From the NCBI GenBank assembly GCA_963717295.1, contig OY970330.1, positions 2,532,391-2,596,390 of the forward strand: a stretch of 64,000 nucleotides of DNA. The letters run 5' to 3'. Position numbers and translations under genes: made by a program. The notes under the pieces were generated by a model. It did not search any database. It was given only the letters and a program-made list of their open reading frames with translations, and had not been told where the DNA came from. The first letter of the stretch is position 1, and each line of letters begins with the position of its first letter. The stretch is from Thermoanaerobaculaceae bacterium. GTDB lineage: Bacteria; Acidobacteriota; Thermoanaerobaculia; Multivoradales; UBA5704. Shown here piece after piece: positions 1-9,048 of this stretch.

Positions 1-2
1 TG

Positions 3-872
3 CGGACGTTCGGCGGACGATACCGGAATGCTCCGATCCTCGCCATCTCCCCCCGGCCCCATCTCGCGCTCGGTCCCGAGGCCAGGACGCGTCTCGAGGA
101 GCTCGGCGTGACGTACGTCGTGGAATCCCTGAATGATACCGGCAGCCCCTACGGCCCGATCAACCGGATCGTCGCCGGCTCCTGGGCCGAAACCATTTCT
201 TCCCGGCCCTATGTCGTCGTGCTCGATACAGATACGGTGTTTGTCGGCGAGCCCGATTTCGCGCGGGCGGATGCGGGGGGCAGGCCGGTGGACGTCAAGG
301 GCGCGGCGTCGAGCGGCGCGGGCGATCCCCAGGACATCTACTGGGACCGCATCTGCCGGCTCGGGGGAATCGATCTGTCGCGATTGCCCTGGATTACCAC
401 GACGATTGACCGTGTCCCGATCCGCGCCTCGTACAACGCCGGCTTCACCGTGGTCCGGCGGGACCTCGGCATCCTTCGGAGAACGCGGGAAATCTTCTTC
501 GCGTCCCTGCAAGAGAACCTGCGTCCCCAGGCCGGAACGGAGCTTGAAATTTTTTCCTCCACGGGCTCCGTCGGGCGCGAGGCCAGCGAGTGGTGGGGGT
601 CCAGCCAGGCTGCGCTGAGCGCCGCAATCTGGTCTAGGACCTCGGATGTCCACACCTATGACGAGCGCTACAATATTCCTCTCAACAATCTCCTCGATCC
701 AGGCCGCTCCTGGCCCAAGAGGCGGGGATTGGAACCCATTCTGCTCCACTATCACTACCTGGCGGAGCCGCGGTACCAGCCGCTGCTCCGCGAGGTGATG
801 AGCTGGATCGGGTGCTCCCACGAGGTTCTAAGCTGGATTGCGGACAGGCTTCCCTACTTCTCGTCCCCGTGA
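3..872 (+). CDS. hypothetical protein, 5'-partial at window edge; possible GT-A/nucleotide-diphospho-sugar transferase-like
   Basis: Frame 3 has no stop from nt 3, and the listed ORF starts at an internal GTG (108). The segment VVVLDTDTVF resembles a DxD motif. I saw no stronger family signal. Confidence 0.4.
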   Translation, partial: RTFGGRYRNAPILAISPRPHLALGPEARTRLEELGVTYVVESLNDTGSPYGPINRIVAGSWAETISSRPYVVVLDTDTVFVGEPDFARADAGGRPVDVKGAASSGAGDPQDIYWDRICRLGGIDLSRLPWITTTIDRVPIRASYNAGFTVVRRDLGILRRTREIFFASLQENLRPQAGTELEIFSSTGSVGREASEWWGSSQAALSAAIWSRTSDVHTYDERYNIPLNNLLDPGRSWPKRRGLEPILLHYHYLAEPRYQPLLREVMSWIGCSHEVLSWIADRLPYFSSP

Positions 873-876
873 AGGG

Positions 877-1518
877 TCAGCCCTTATCGCGAAGGAACGA
901 AAGCAGGTCGTTTCGCTCGTCCGTCGTCAGGGCCAGCAGAGCCGGCTTCGCGCGCATCACCCGGAACTGCGGTCCATCCTCGATCACATCGAAGAGAACG
1001 CGGGCTGCCTGATACCGGGCCCGCCGGTAGTCGTGGAGCGCCACCACGGTATTTCCACGCGAAAGCGCAAACGCCATGAACAGACACTCCAGACGGCGGC
1101 GCCCATCGACCAGAATGAACCCGAAGTCGAGGCCCAGCGCCGCCGGAGCGTTGCTGTAGTTGAGCCCAGGGTCTTCCTGTCCAAGCTTCGGTCCAATCAG
1201 ATCACAGGTGAGCATGCGAACGGTGGCTGGCGGATGGATGCGCGAAGTCACGGAGCGGGCGTAGTCCGCGTTGTCCTCCACCGAGACGAAGGTACCGCCG
1301 CGCCGTCCGGCGATCTCGGCAAGGAGGAGCGTCGAAAGGCCCGCGCCCCATTCGAGGATCGCCGAGGCGTCCGCGGCGTGAGAGCCGACGATCCGTGCCA
1401 GCTCGGGAAGAAAGTCAAGGCCGAACATGCTGGCGGAGCGAACCTCTCCGCCGTGCTCGATGCGATACCGGCTGAGATCCAACCTCGCCTCCTTCGGCTC
1501 CGCGGGAGCGTGCGACAT
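877..1518 (-). CDS. class I SAM-dependent methyltransferase
   Basis: 213-aa ORF. ILEWGAGLSTLLLAE matches the glycine-rich SAM-binding motif I, followed by an acidic FVSVEDN strand. Confidence 0.7.
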   Translation of the reverse strand: MSHAPAEPKEARLDLSRYRIEHGGEVRSASMFGLDFLPELARIVGSHAADASAILEWGAGLSTLLLAEIAGRRGGTFVSVEDNADYARSVTSRIHPPATVRMLTCDLIGPKLGQEDPGLNYSNAPAALGLDFGFILVDGRRRLECLFMAFALSRGNTVVALHDYRRARYQAARVLFDVIEDGPQFRVMRAKPALLALTTDERNDLLSFLRDKG

Positions 1519-1585
1519 GCGGATAAAAGTCTACAGGAGCGAACCGGGCGTACTCAACCGGAGTGCCGCGGCACCGCGCTGATCC

Positions 1586-3253
1586 TTACCGCCGGTGTTT
1601 GAAGTAGATCTCGGGATGGCCGTCGCGTTCGTCGTACCAGACGGCGTAGATCTCCCCGCCGGCCGCGGCCACACTGACGTGCTGCGAGTCCCCAGGTGCC
1701 GCGGTCAGGCGCTGGTCGCCACTCCAGGTGCGGCCGCCGTCGGCCGAGTCCTTGGCGTAGATCTCCAGGTTGCCGTCGCGGCCGTCGAACCAGAGGACCG
1801 TGACCTGATTCCCCACCGCGACGATGCTGGGCCGGTGGGAGATCCCCGGAGCCTGGGTCAATCGCAACGCCGGCCCCCAGGTCCGGCCGCCGTCGTCCGA
1901 ACGGCGGGTATAGATCTCCCAGTCCTGGAACGCCTGGCCGAGATGCAGCTCGAAGCCGTGCAAGGCGGCGTCGAGGAGCCCGGGGTCCCCGCCGCGGGCG
2001 ACCCAGTCCGGAGCCGCCGCACCCACCTGCTGGAGCTTGTCGGCGACGCGAAGCTGCAGGGCGTCCTCATAATAGATGAGAGGCACGTTCGGGAAGGGGT
2101 GGCGTTGATAGGTGAGGCCGACGAGCCGGAGCGCCTCGTCGAGCTTGTGCTCCTTCGTCAGATAGGGCGCGCCGGCCGCGCCGAGGGCCAGGACCTGATC
2201 GAGGATCGCCCGCAGCCGAGCGATATCACCTCCCGCCGCGCCCCAGGCGGGAGCCGCGGCCTCGATCCGCCGGGCTTTGTCGCCGCAGCGCAGGCGCGCC
2301 TCCTCCTCCGGATTGGGCACCAGGACGCCGGAGGGCTCGGGCAGGACCGGCAGGCCTAGCTTACGCAGGATGCCATCCAGCTCCGCTTCCGCCCCGCGAG
2401 GCTGGAATGGGCTGTCGCTCTGGTCGAACCAGGCGAGGTGGACCGTCGAGCCCGAGAGCGCGAGCGAAGGCGCCCAGGAGTTGGCTCCGTTGCGGGTCAT
2501 ACGGCGTACCGGCTCCCAGGTGCGGCCCGCGTCGGTCGAACGCCGGTAATACTCCTCCTCGTTGCCATCCTGCGTATCCACCCAGGCGGCATGGACGGTC
2601 TCGCCGGCGACCTCGACGGTCGGCACCCACGACGCGGCACCCTTCCCGTTACTGAGCTGCCGCTCGTCCTCCCAGGTCGCGCCGCCATCGGACGAGTGCC
2701 GGGTGACGACCTCGGTGAATCCCGATCGGTTCTCCCCCCAGACGACCTGCGCCATGGCCTCGGAGATGGCGATCGAGGCATGCGCCGCGGCGCGATTCGC
2801 GGACAAGGGCTCAACCGGTCCCCAGCTCCGCCCGCCGTCGAGCGAACGCCGCAGGAAGATGTCGAGGCCCTCCGATCCTGACTCCTGCCCGTGCCAGACC
2901 ACGAGGACAGTCTGCCCGGAGGACGCGATCGCCGGGTGCTCCGCCAGGTCGAAGCCCGCCGAGAGGAGCTGATCGGCCTCCCAGGTCGCCCCGTGGTCGA
3001 GCGAGCGCCGGGTGTAGACCTGGAAGCTCCCGCTGCGGTCGCCGTACCAGACGACCTCCACGCGCCCATCCGGCTCCGCCGCGATGCTGCGGGCGAAGTT
3101 GTAGGTGGTGAACGATTGGGCGCCGTCGAAGGTGAGCCGGCGGTCCGCCTCCCAGGCTCCGGGAGCCGCGGCGGCTCTCCGGGGCGCCGCCAGGAGGACG
3201 AGGCCTCCCAATGCGAGCGCGGCAATGGCGAGGGCGCGGGGAGGCCGGCTCAC
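1586..3253 (-). CDS. secreted BNR/Asp-box repeat (sialidase-fold) protein
   Basis: The GTG start overlaps the upstream stop (GTGA). The N-terminus is signal-like (ALAIAALALGGLVLLAAPRRAAA). There are six SxDxGxTW boxes: SLDHGATW, SLDGGRSW, SSDGGATW, STDAGRTW, SDDGGRTW, SADGGRTW. Confidence 0.8.
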   Translation of the reverse strand: MSRPPRALAIAALALGGLVLLAAPRRAAAAPGAWEADRRLTFDGAQSFTTYNFARSIAAEPDGRVEVVWYGDRSGSFQVYTRRSLDHGATWEADQLLSAGFDLAEHPAIASSGQTVLVVWHGQESGSEGLDIFLRRSLDGGRSWGPVEPLSANRAAAHASIAISEAMAQVVWGENRSGFTEVVTRHSSDGGATWEDERQLSNGKGAASWVPTVEVAGETVHAAWVDTQDGNEEEYYRRSTDAGRTWEPVRRMTRNGANSWAPSLALSGSTVHLAWFDQSDSPFQPRGAEAELDGILRKLGLPVLPEPSGVLVPNPEEEARLRCGDKARRIEAAAPAWGAAGGDIARLRAILDQVLALGAAGAPYLTKEHKLDEALRLVGLTYQRHPFPNVPLIYYEDALQLRVADKLQQVGAAAPDWVARGGDPGLLDAALHGFELHLGQAFQDWEIYTRRSDDGGRTWGPALRLTQAPGISHRPSIVAVGNQVTVLWFDGRDGNLEIYAKDSADGGRTWSGDQRLTAAPGDSQHVSVAAAGGEIYAVWYDERDGHPEIYFKHRR

Positions 3254-3702
3254 GACCCGCTCCGCTTCTGGATCTCGGCCATCTTGGCGAGCTGGGCCGG
3301 GGTCAACAGGTTCTTGAGATGGATCAGCAGCGAGAGGTGGGCGCGCTTGACCGTCCTCTCGAAGCCCATCACCTGATCAGCCGCGGCGAGGGCCTTGGTC
3401 TCGTTGACCGGCCGCTCCTGAAGCAGGCGCTGTAGCTCCTCGGAGGCTTCCTGCAGGCTGAGCTGCGCGTCGAGGAACTGCTTCTGGGCCTCCACCACCC
3501 GGGTGCGGATCGCCTTGCGTTGCGCGTCGTCGAGCCCCAGCTCCTGGGCATGGCCGAGCAGGGCCTCGGGCGGATACAGCAGACGGGCGATGGGATCGCC
3601 ACCGGCTCCAGGGTCGCCGTCAGCGAGTGCCGGCAGAGCCCCCAGAGAAAAACCGGTGAGCAGAAGAAAAAGGACGCAGGACCGGAAGAAAAAGGTTTTC
3701 AT
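3250..3702 (-). CDS. periplasmic Spy/CpxP-family (LTXXQ) protein
   Basis: I trimmed the track ORF 3250..3975 to ATG 3702, which is preceded by AGGAG. Signal peptide MKTFFFRSCVLFLLLTGFSLGALPALA, helical body, and an LTPAQ motif near the C-terminus. Confidence 0.7.
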   Translation of the reverse strand: MKTFFFRSCVLFLLLTGFSLGALPALADGDPGAGGDPIARLLYPPEALLGHAQELGLDDAQRKAIRTRVVEAQKQFLDAQLSLQEASEELQRLLQERPVNETKALAAADQVMGFERTVKRAHLSLLIHLKNLLTPAQLAKMAEIQKRSGS

Positions 3703-3733
3703 TTTGAGTCTCCTTTGAAAAAAGGGCCGGGCA

Positions 3734-4090
3734 TCAACTTCTACCCGGAGCCACTGGGAGGTTGGAGTCGGGGAAGGCCGGTGTGGAGTCGAGCAGCTCG
3801 CCTCCGGGGACGGCCAGGAGAAAGTCGGTCGGGGCCTTCCAGGTCGTGAGCGTGGGCGGGTCTGGAGGGAGAAGCGACGGAGCGGGGCGAAGGCGCCAGA
3901 CGATCCCCAGGGCAACCAGCGCAACGAAGAGAAAAGCCACGGTCGCCGGTACCCACCGCCATCCGCTGGCAGCACGGGCCGGCCGGCGAACCACCCGCTC
4001 GTAGCTGGGGGATGCGGCTTCGTCCCGTAGCTCCCGCTCGGCGAAGAGCTGGCGGAGCGCCGCCTCGTCCTGATCGGTGTCCTGGCTCAT
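3734..4090 (-). CDS. putative anti-sigma factor (single-pass membrane protein)
   Basis: ATGA overlap with the stop of the ECF sigma gene. One hydrophobic helix (VPATVAFLFVALVALGIVW). The position is typical of a cognate anti-sigma factor. Confidence 0.5.
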   Translation of the reverse strand: MSQDTDQDEAALRQLFAERELRDEAASPSYERVVRRPARAASGWRWVPATVAFLFVALVALGIVWRLRPAPSLLPPDPPTLTTWKAPTDFLLAVPGGELLDSTPAFPDSNLPVAPGRS

Positions 4091-4671
4091 GCTTCCTCCT
4101 CCTCGCCGAGCAGCCGGCGCAGACGCTCCTTGGCGCGGGCATAGTGGACTCGCGCACTGCCCACCGAGATCGCCAGGGCCGTTGCGGCGGCTTCAATCGT
4201 CATCTCGTGTTGCAGGCGCAGCTCGATCACTTCGCGCTGGCGCCGGGGCAGGAGGGCCAGGGCGGCGTCGAGACGCCCCAGACGGTTGGAGGGAACGTCC
4301 GGATCGAGCGGCCCGGCGCTGCCCGAGCCTCTCCCATCCTCGGTGCGCCTCCAGAGTTCCAGCCACCGCCCCTGGAACGCGCGCCTCCTCCTCTGCTCGG
4401 AGGCGGTGCGGCGGATCACCCCGAAGAGGAAGGTCTTGAAGCTCGACCGGCCCTCGAATCGGGCTCGACCCTCCAGCAGCTTGAGATAGGACGCTTGCAA
4501 CACCTCTTCGGCCTCCTCTCGATCGCGCCGGCAACAGGAGAGCGCCCAGCTGAAACTGGCGGGATGGAGCCGCTCGAGCTCCTGGGCAAGATCCTGTTCG
4601 GTCATCGGTTGTATCGCCCGGCTCCAGGCGTTCCGTTCACTGTGTGGAGCATCTTCCCAGTTATATGACAC
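4087..4671 (-). CDS. ECF-type RNA polymerase sigma factor
   Basis: Region 2-like FKTFLFGVIRR and a region 4 HTH (LPRRQREVIELRLQHEMTIEAAATALAISVGSARVHYARAKERL). The start is either GTG 4671 or the internal ATG 4605 (MTEQDL). Confidence 0.8.
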   Translation of the reverse strand: MSYNWEDAPHSERNAWSRAIQPMTEQDLAQELERLHPASFSWALSCCRRDREEAEEVLQASYLKLLEGRARFEGRSSFKTFLFGVIRRTASEQRRRRAFQGRWLELWRRTEDGRGSGSAGPLDPDVPSNRLGRLDAALALLPRRQREVIELRLQHEMTIEAAATALAISVGSARVHYARAKERLRRLLGEEEEA

Positions 4672-4980
4672 CTACCCAACGAGCCGGGAGAACGGAGCCC
4701 AGGGCTGAGACGAAGGCCGATGCCCTGGGTGAGGAAACGACAACTCGGTGCGGCCTGAAAGGCCGCGAGACCGTTGACCTGGCGTTTGAGGGCCGCGGTT
4801 GCGAAGCCACCCGACCCATTGAGCCGGTGGGTAAATTTTCCGGTAAGGCCACGTATCGCCCCGCCTTGTATTTATAACCACGTATGCTAAAATGAAACTA
4901 CGGGCCCGATGGCCGGGCCTACAACAAACCCTGAGCAGTCAGGGTGGGGTGAATCCTCGTCATCAAGAAAGGATGTGGCT

Positions 4981-5343
4981 ATGAGACTGAAGAAGTTACA
5001 CCTCGCAGCCCTGCTAACCGTCGTCGCCTTGCTTGCGGGGCAAATGGCGGCCCAGGCTCAGACCGGGACCTACAGGGCAGGAACAGCGCCCTTCAACGCT
5101 GGGCAGGCGGGCATCACCATCACCTTCCTGACTCCGTTACCTTCCGCGAATTACTCCGTCTCCGTGCAGGCAACCAACACGGCCGGGTACTCCCCGACCA
5201 CGGATTGCACCTACTTCAACGTTCTGCATAAGACGGCCAATGGATTCGACGTGCAGCACAAGAGGTGCAACGACGGAGTGCCGCTCGCGCTGACCGTAGG
5301 AACTCCCCTGGACTGGATCGCGATCATCAAGACTGATCCGTGA
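4981..5343 (+). CDS. small secreted protein (H-type-lectin-like pattern, tentative)
   Basis: I trimmed the track ORF to ATG 4981 (MRLKKLHLAALLTVVALLAGQMAAQA signal). The ITITF..P..YSVSV...ANGFDV...DWIAI spacing resembles the H_lectin fold. GC is visibly lower than in the neighbours. Confidence 0.45.
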   Translation: MRLKKLHLAALLTVVALLAGQMAAQAQTGTYRAGTAPFNAGQAGITITFLTPLPSANYSVSVQATNTAGYSPTTDCTYFNVLHKTANGFDVQHKRCNDGVPLALTVGTPLDWIAIIKTDP

Positions 5344-5634
5344 TCCGATCCGAATACTCCAAGGACATCGAGGCGTGATGGCCGGGCAGTTGCGCGTGGC
5401 CCACGCCTCAATGTCCTCTGACCGGACCTGTTCCCTCGCGTCGAAGATTATTTTCAACCAGCCTCCCTGCTCCGTCTTCAGCTCCCACGCTCGTCGCATC
5501 CCAGAATCTCATGGTAACGTACGCACTATGAAGACATCGCTCGCCGTGCTCGGAGCCAAGCTCGGCGAGCAAAAGGCCGATCTGGGCGGGGCGGCCAAGA
5601 CTCCCGAAATGCGGGCTCTGCTGGAAGCCGCCGA

Positions 5635-6501
5635 CTAGCGATCCTCGCCGCCCTTGATCGCGAAGTCGAGGGTGCGGGTGGGGAACGGCAGGGTGATGCC
5701 GTTGTCGTCGAACGCCTTCTTGATCTTCTCGATGGCCTCGCTCTGCGCCGCGAGAAAGTCAGACTGCTTGGAGGCGAAGGCGATCCAGAAGCGAGCCACT
5801 AGATCGATGGAGCTCTCGCCGAACTTTTCGAAAAACATCTCACAGGGGGTGTTCGGTTTGCGAGCGGAGACCTGCTCCAGGGTTTTCAAGGTGACCTGTC
5901 TCACCTTCTCCAGGTCATCGCCGTACGAGACGCCCAGCTTGAGATCGACTCTGCGCTTCCCCATGGCCGTGTAGTTGGTGATCGGATTCTCGAACACCTG
6001 CTTGTTGGGGATGAGCGCGAGCTGACCCTGCGGGGTGACGATCTCGGTCCAGCGCAGGTGGATCCTCTGAACCACGCCGAGGAAATCCTTGGTCTGGATC
6101 AAATGGCCGACGCGAAACGGATGCTCGATCGAGAGAAAGATGCCGGCCATGAAGTTGGCGGCGATGTCCTGGAAGGCGAAGCCGAGGGCGAGCCCCAGGA
6201 TGCCGGCGCCGGCGAGCAGCGAAGCGACCGTCTTCTGCAGCCCGACGATGCCGAGCGAGATGAACACCCCGGCCGCGAGAAGAAGCAGGAACACCGTCTG
6301 GGCGAGCAGCCGAGTTACCTGCTCGCTGTGGGAAACGCGGTGCAGGAGACGCAGCAGGAGGCTCCGTACCAGCTTGGCGATGAGCCAGAATCCCACCAGC
6401 ACGAACACCGCCACCACCAGGTTGGGCAGCAGCAGGATGAAGTCCCGCGACCACCCCAGCAACTTCCCCACGAGCAGGTTCCAGGTCTTTTCGATATCCA
6501 T
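5635..6501 (-). CDS. mechanosensitive ion channel, MscS family
   Basis: The true start is MDIEKT at 6501; the 663-aa track ORF is an upstream read-on into kdpD antisense frames. There are three TM helices and a conserved pore/beta domain (AGILGLALGFAFQDIAANFMAGIFL...PNKQVFENPITNY). Confidence 0.85.
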   Translation of the reverse strand: MDIEKTWNLLVGKLLGWSRDFILLLPNLVVAVFVLVGFWLIAKLVRSLLLRLLHRVSHSEQVTRLLAQTVFLLLLAAGVFISLGIVGLQKTVASLLAGAGILGLALGFAFQDIAANFMAGIFLSIEHPFRVGHLIQTKDFLGVVQRIHLRWTEIVTPQGQLALIPNKQVFENPITNYTAMGKRRVDLKLGVSYGDDLEKVRQVTLKTLEQVSARKPNTPCEMFFEKFGESSIDLVARFWIAFASKQSDFLAAQSEAIEKIKKAFDDNGITLPFPTRTLDFAIKGGEDR

Positions 6502-6536
6502 GGCCTGGAAGATTAGTGCAACTCGCGGGCCATCCC

Positions 6537-8471
6537 CTATTCGATCGCCAGCGCGATCTGGTTGGCGAAGGCTTCCAGGAGATGGAGCTGCTCGGGAGCG
6601 ACGAGGCGTTGCGGGTCGGCGGGGTGCACGCCCAGCACGCCGACGATTCCCTGCGAGGTGCGCAGGGGAATGTAGAGACCCTTGGCGGCGGGGAGGGTAT
6701 CGGTGGTCTTCCCTGCCATGCGCCCGTGATCGAAAACCCACTGCGAGACGGCCTGCTCGCGGATGTCGAAGAGGTAGGTGACCACCTCCGCCGCCCGCTC
6801 GGCGAGGCGGCCGGTCTCGTCCGGCAGCAACAGCAGCACCTGGGAGAGGAAGACGGAGTGGATGTGCTGGGCAGCGGCCTTGAGCACGGCGTCGAGGTCC
6901 GCAGCGGCCGCGAGGTCCCGGCTCATGGCGTAGAGGGCCGCCGTGCGCTCCTCTCGGGTCCGCGCCGCCTCGGCCTGCTGGCGCAGACGGACGGTGAGGG
7001 TGGAGACGACGATCGCCGTCGTGAGCATGACGGCAAAGGTCAGCAGGTACTCGGCGTCGGTGATAACAAAGGTGAGGTACGGCGGCACCAGAAAGAAATC
7101 GAAACCGGCGACGGAGAGCACCGAGGCCAGGATGGCGGGACCCCGGGTGGATCTGGAGGAGATTCCCACCACGCTCAGCAGCATGAGCATGGCGAGGTTT
7201 GTGGGCTGGAAATACGAGCGAACGGAGATGCACAGCCCAAGCGTCAGACCGGTGACCAGAAGGGCCGCCACGTAGCCCCGAACGTCCCACTCCGGGCGGC
7301 TCGGCTTCTCCGCCGCCGGCCAGCCGCCGCCCTCTTCGCCTGAAATCACATAGATGTCGATGCCGCCGCTGCCGCGCACCAGATCGTCGCGCACCGAGCC
7401 GAAGAGCACGTCCTTCCACCGTGAATGAAGCGGCTTGCCCACCACGATCTTCGAGACGTTGCGACGCCGGGCGTACTTCAAAATCTCCTCGGCCGGGCGC
7501 TCGCCGGAGAGGGTGACCGTCTCGGCACCCAGGCGTTCGGCGATCCGTAGCGTCTGCCAGACGCGGTCGCGCTCCGCTTGCGCGAGGCGCAGCTCGGCCG
7601 GCGTCTCGACATACACCACCACCCACTCGGCCCGCAGCCGCTCTGCGAGCCGCCGGCCGCCCCGCACGAGCTGGCCGGCCGCAGGCCCGGAGCTGATGGC
7701 TACCAGAAGGCGCTCGGCCACGGGCCAGGTGTCGCCGATGTTGTGCGCCTGGCGGTAGAGCTGCATCTGCGCGTCCACCCGCTCGGCCGTCTTGCGCAGG
7801 GCAAGCTCGCGCAGGGCAATGAGGTTTCCCGGACGGAAGAATCCCTCGATCGCCCGCGACGACTGCTCGGGGTTATAAACCTTTCCTTCCTGGAGGCGCT
7901 TGAGCAGCTCCTCGGGCGGCAGGTCCACCAGCTCGACCTGATCGGCCCGTTCGAGGATGGAGTCCGGCACCGTCTCGCGCACGGCGACGCCCGTGACCTT
8001 CCCCACCAGGTCGTTCAGGCTCTCCAGATGCTGGACGTTGACGGTGGTCCAGACGTCGATTCCCTCGGCCAGCAGCTCCTCGACGTCCTGCCAGCGCTTG
8101 GCATGGCGGGAGCCGGGAGCGTTGGTGTGGGCCAGCTCGTCGACCAGGACCACCGCCGGCCGGCGATCCCGAGCCCCATCGAGATCGAACTCCGCCAGCT
8201 CGACTCCCCGGTGCTCGTCGACGCGGCGAGGCAGGATTTCCAGACCTTCGAGCAGGGCCTCGGTTTCCTTGCGGCCATGGGTCTCGACGACGCCCACCAC
8301 CACGTCCACCCCGCGCCGGGCCAGCTCGCGGGCGCCTTCGAGCATGGCGTAGGTCTTCCCGACCCCGGCCGTGGCGCCAAAGAAGACCTTGAGCTTGCCC
8401 CGGCGCTCCCGCTCCGCCTCGGCGTTGGCGAGAACGAGAAGCTCGTCGGGATTGGGGCGGTCGGGCGTCAT
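6537..8471 (-). CDS. kdpD: KdpD-type sensor lacking the histidine-kinase transmitter (KdpD-N + Usp + 4TM + GAF only)
   Basis: KdpD N-domain ([19 protein letters not shown]), a Usp-like segment, a DUF4118-like TM block and a GAF-like end. The ORF stops at ...[10 protein letters not shown], where E. coli KdpD continues into the DHp H-box. Only 35 bp separate it from mscS. Confidence 0.85.
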   Translation of the reverse strand: MTPDRPNPDELLVLANAEAERERRGKLKVFFGATAGVGKTYAMLEGARELARRGVDVVVGVVETHGRKETEALLEGLEILPRRVDEHRGVELAEFDLDGARDRRPAVVLVDELAHTNAPGSRHAKRWQDVEELLAEGIDVWTTVNVQHLESLNDLVGKVTGVAVRETVPDSILERADQVELVDLPPEELLKRLQEGKVYNPEQSSRAIEGFFRPGNLIALRELALRKTAERVDAQMQLYRQAHNIGDTWPVAERLLVAISSGPAAGQLVRGGRRLAERLRAEWVVVYVETPAELRLAQAERDRVWQTLRIAERLGAETVTLSGERPAEEILKYARRRNVSKIVVGKPLHSRWKDVLFGSVRDDLVRGSGGIDIYVISGEEGGGWPAAEKPSRPEWDVRGYVAALLVTGLTLGLCISVRSYFQPTNLAMLMLLSVVGISSRSTRGPAILASVLSVAGFDFFLVPPYLTFVITDAEYLLTFAVMLTTAIVVSTLTVRLRQQAEAARTREERTAALYAMSRDLAAAADLDAVLKAAAQHIHSVFLSQVLLLLPDETGRLAERAAEVVTYLFDIREQAVSQWVFDHGRMAGKTTDTLPAAKGLYIPLRTSQGIVGVLGVHPADPQRLVAPEQLHLLEAFANQIALAIE

Positions 8472-9046
8472 GAGTGGTGAGGGTCCTTGCTGTCGAGATC
8501 CAGGTTGAGCTCCAGCACGTTCACCCGCGCCTCGCCGATCACACCCAGCCAGCGCCCCTCGGTATGACGATCCACGAGCTGGCGCACGTCCGCGGGAGAA
8601 AGCCCGCGGGCCGCGGCCACCCGTTCAACCTGATAGATCGCGGCGGCGGGGCTGATGTGCGGATCGAGGCCGCTCGCGGAAGCGGTGACGAGATCGACAG
8701 GGACCGGCCCTTTTCCCGGATGGGCGGCGCGAACGCGTTCCACATCCGCCTTGACGCGATCCATCAGGGCCTTGTTGGTCGGCCCCAGGTTCGAGCCGCT
8801 GGAATTGACGGCGTTGTAGGGGAAGGGCCCGGTGGCCGAAGGCCGGCCCCAGAAGTAGCGGGGACCGGTGAACGGCTGGCCGATCAGGGCGGAGCCCACC
8901 GTCTTGCCGTCTTTCACGATCAGGCTGCCGTTGGCTTGGCGGGGGAACACCGCCTGGGCGATGCCGGTCACCACCAGAGGATAGACCAGCCCGGTCAGCA
9001 CGGTGAGAACGAGGAAAATCAGAATCGCGGAACGTAGCTCTCTCAT
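8468..9046 (-). CDS. kdpC: K+-transporting ATPase subunit C
   Basis: 192 aa with an N-terminal TM helix and typical KdpC motifs ([18 protein letters not shown]). It overlaps the kdpD start by 4 nt. Confidence 0.9.
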   Translation of the reverse strand: MRELRSAILIFLVLTVLTGLVYPLVVTGIAQAVFPRQANGSLIVKDGKTVGSALIGQPFTGPRYFWGRPSATGPFPYNAVNSSGSNLGPTNKALMDRVKADVERVRAAHPGKGPVPVDLVTASASGLDPHISPAAAIYQVERVAAARGLSPADVRQLVDRHTEGRWLGVIGEARVNVLELNLDLDSKDPHHS

Positions 9047-9048
9047 GG

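Noticed and set aside
4672-4980. Hairpin-rich, lower-GC spacer upstream of the ECF sigma gene, examined for an ECF autoregulatory promoter or ncRNA
   Set aside because: Only weak GGAA..CGT-like matches with wrong or uncertain spacing, and no recognisable RNA family.
5137-5499. 120-aa minus-strand ORF whose first ~50 aa (MRRAWELKTEQGGWLKIIFDAREQVRSEDIEAW...) look protein-like
   Set aside because: It overlaps the better-supported plus-strand secreted-protein gene for most of its length, and I recognise no family or RBS. It may be a gene fragment, but that cannot be supported.
6502-7626. N-terminal 375 aa of the 663-aa track ORF 5635..7626
   Set aside because: It is composed of Arg/Gly/Pro-rich read-through overlapping kdpD in another frame. 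The MscS homology starts only at MDIEKT (6501).
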